From NCBI GenBank assembly GCA_964016885.1, contig OZ024746.1, positions 65,038,001-65,102,000 on the forward strand: a DNA stretch of 64,000 nucleotides, in the 5' to 3' direction. The notes beneath the pieces were generated by a model, which had not been told where the DNA came from, did no database searches, and worked only from the letters and a program-made list of their open reading frames with translations. Numbering within the stretch: the stretch's first letter is position 1; each line of letters starts with the position of its first letter. Shown piece by piece: positions 62,201 through 64,000 of this stretch. The position numbers and the translations under genes are program-made. This DNA is from Eledone cirrhosa (lineage: Eukaryota).

Positions 62201-63388
62201 CCGGCAACCGCTCTTTCAAACCAGTTCCTGTACACAGCTAAGTATTCTATAAGTCTCTAGCTGTGTCATTCTCGATAAAAGCACTGGATATGTAGTCCTG
62301 ATGATTTCTAACGAGAATGAAACGCGTAGATTACTTCCCTTGCTTTTATCGAGAATCTAATTGTAATACGTGACGTATTCTATTCTATAGCGATTAGGTC
62401 TTCAAAATGTTTATTATAAACATACAGAATATTTTCGAATATTCTATGTCTATATTCACATATATATCGCTATTTCAGAGCATTTATTCCAATTTCTAAT
62501 TTCTGCCGGACCGGCAACCGCTCTTTCAAACCAGTTCCTGTACACAGCTAAGTATTCTATAAGTCTCTAGCTGTGTCATTCTCGATAAAAGCACTGGATA
62601 TGTAGTCCTGATGATTTCTAACGAGAATGAAACGCGTAGATTACTTCCCTTGCTTTTATCGAGAATCTAATTGTAATACGTGACGTATTCTATTCTATAG
62701 CGATTAGGTCTTCAAAATGTTTATTATAAACATACAGAATATTTTCGAATATTCTATGTCTATATTCACATATGTATCGCTATTTCAGAGCATTTATTCC
62801 AATTTCTAATTTCTGCCGGACCGGCAACCGCTCTTTCAAACCAGTTCCTGTACACAGCTAAGTATTCTATAAGTCTCTAGCTGTGTCATTCTCGATAAAA
62901 GCACTGGATATGTAGTCCTGATGATTTCTAACGAGAATGAAACGCGTAGATTACTTCCCTTGCTTTTATCGAGAATCTAATTGTAATACGTGACGTATTC
63001 TATTCTATAGCGATTAGGTCTTCAAAATGTTTATTATAAACATACAGAATATTTTCGAATATTCTATGTCTATATTCACATATATATCGCTATTTCAGAG
63101 CATTTATTCCAATTTCTAATTTCTGCCGGACCGGCAACCGCTCTTTCAAACCAGTTCCTGTACACAGCTAAGTATTCTATAAGTCTCTAGCTGTGTCATT
63201 CTCGATAAAAGCACTGGATATGTAGTCCTGATGATTTCTAACGAGAATGAAACGCGTAGATTACTTCCCTTGCTTTTATCGAGAATCTAATTGTAATACG
63301 TGACGTATTCTATTCTATAGCGATTAGGTCTTCAAAATGTTTATTATAAACATACAGAATATTTTCGAATATTCTATGTCTATATTCA
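59261..63388. repeat. Inverted tandem array of a 310-bp hammerhead-containing unit (retrozyme-like): ~6.3 units minus, then ~7 units plus; junction 61225/61226
   Basis: Exact 310-bp period. 6 minus and 7 plus HHRs, one with A6 to G at 61681. (TA)n at both ends. Confidence 0.95.
61362..61404 (+). ncRNA. Type I hammerhead of the 310-bp unit (representative of 13 copies)
   Basis: gtagtc CTGATGA t-ttct-aacg-agaa-t GAAA cgcg TA gattac. Helix I extends through a perfect 16-bp stem (61338-61353 with 61411-61426). Helix III is palindromic (ACGCGT). Confidence 0.87.
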
Positions 63389-63492
63389 TATATATATATA
63401 CTTAGGTTAGTAGGAGTTAGGTATTATATACCCGTGTCCCGTTAAGGTATTGGCAGCATAATAATTAGCTCTATGCTTTGGAGCAGAGCCGT

Positions 63493-63798
63493 ATATATGA
63501 AAAAGAACACAAGAGCGTCTACAACATCAACAGATTTTTATTGGCTAACAATGTTTCTTCCTTACGTAACCGTAGGATTCGTCAGAGCTATAAAAGGGGT
63601 TTGATTGGTGTTATGGACTCTACCAACCAAACACCCAAGAACACTCTTTACTCTCTGTTCTTGGGTGTTTGGTTGGTAGAGTCCATAACACCAATCAAAC
63701 CCCTTTTATAGCTCTGATGAATCCTACGGTTACACGTAAGGAAGAAACATTGTTAGCCAATAAAAATCTTTTGATGTTATAGACGCTCTTGTATTCTT

Positions 63799-63808
<10 letters not shown>
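63493..63808. repeat. ~150-bp-arm fold-back with hammerhead-like motifs at 63544-63588(-) and 63711-63757(+)
   Basis: 14-nt spacer. gct CTGA(T/C)GA atcctacg..cgtaaggaa GAAA cattg TT agc. Ends in (TA)n. Confidence 0.78.
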
Positions 63809-63834
<26 letters not shown>

Positions 63835-63836
<2 letters not shown>

Positions 63837-63985
63837 CATCTGCGCAAATTCCATCTACTAAAGTTCAGTCCAACGACATTGCTTAACCCGTTGCTATAGC
63901 AGAAGACACTTGCTCAAGTTATTACGCAGAGATTGAACTCGGAGCTGTGTATTTATGAACCAAACCTCTTAACCACATATCCATA
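63835..63985 (-). mobile_element. Second tRNA-derived SINE family, diverged
   Basis: gctatagcagaagacacttgctcaag..ttgaactc..cttaaccac resembles the reverse of a tRNA-like head recalled from octopus repeats. Confidence 0.6.
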
Positions 63986-64000
63986 TCTACGAATATATAA

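Overview
Repeat-rich animal genomic DNA, most likely an octopod cephalopod (inferred from the SINE families and microsatellite load, not proven). The + strand carries one host gene that the ORF track mostly misses. I can read 11 phase-compatible GT-AG exons (3603-56196, about 570 codons, 5' end outside the window). They encode a GH10 xylanase-like TIM barrel with both catalytic Glu, a beta-sandwich, a linker, a WSC domain and a Ser/Thr-rich tail. The introns hold R4/Dong-type and Tx1/L1-type LINEs, Penelope-like elements (PLEs), tRNA-derived SINEs and microsatellites. The main finding is about 40 type I hammerhead ribozyme (HHR) motifs, folded by eye, from roughly a dozen sequence families. 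Two near-homogeneous tandem arrays (466-bp and 310-bp units) carry one HHR per unit. Each array is a head-to-head inverted pair with both 3' ends pointing outward into (TA)n, and smaller fold-back insertions share this layout. This looks like a retrozyme/PLE system copying circular RNA templates from both sides of a break. Several families have non-canonical cores (U.U at the base of helix II, U3-A8, ~100-nt helix II). No ribozyme activity or expression has been tested.
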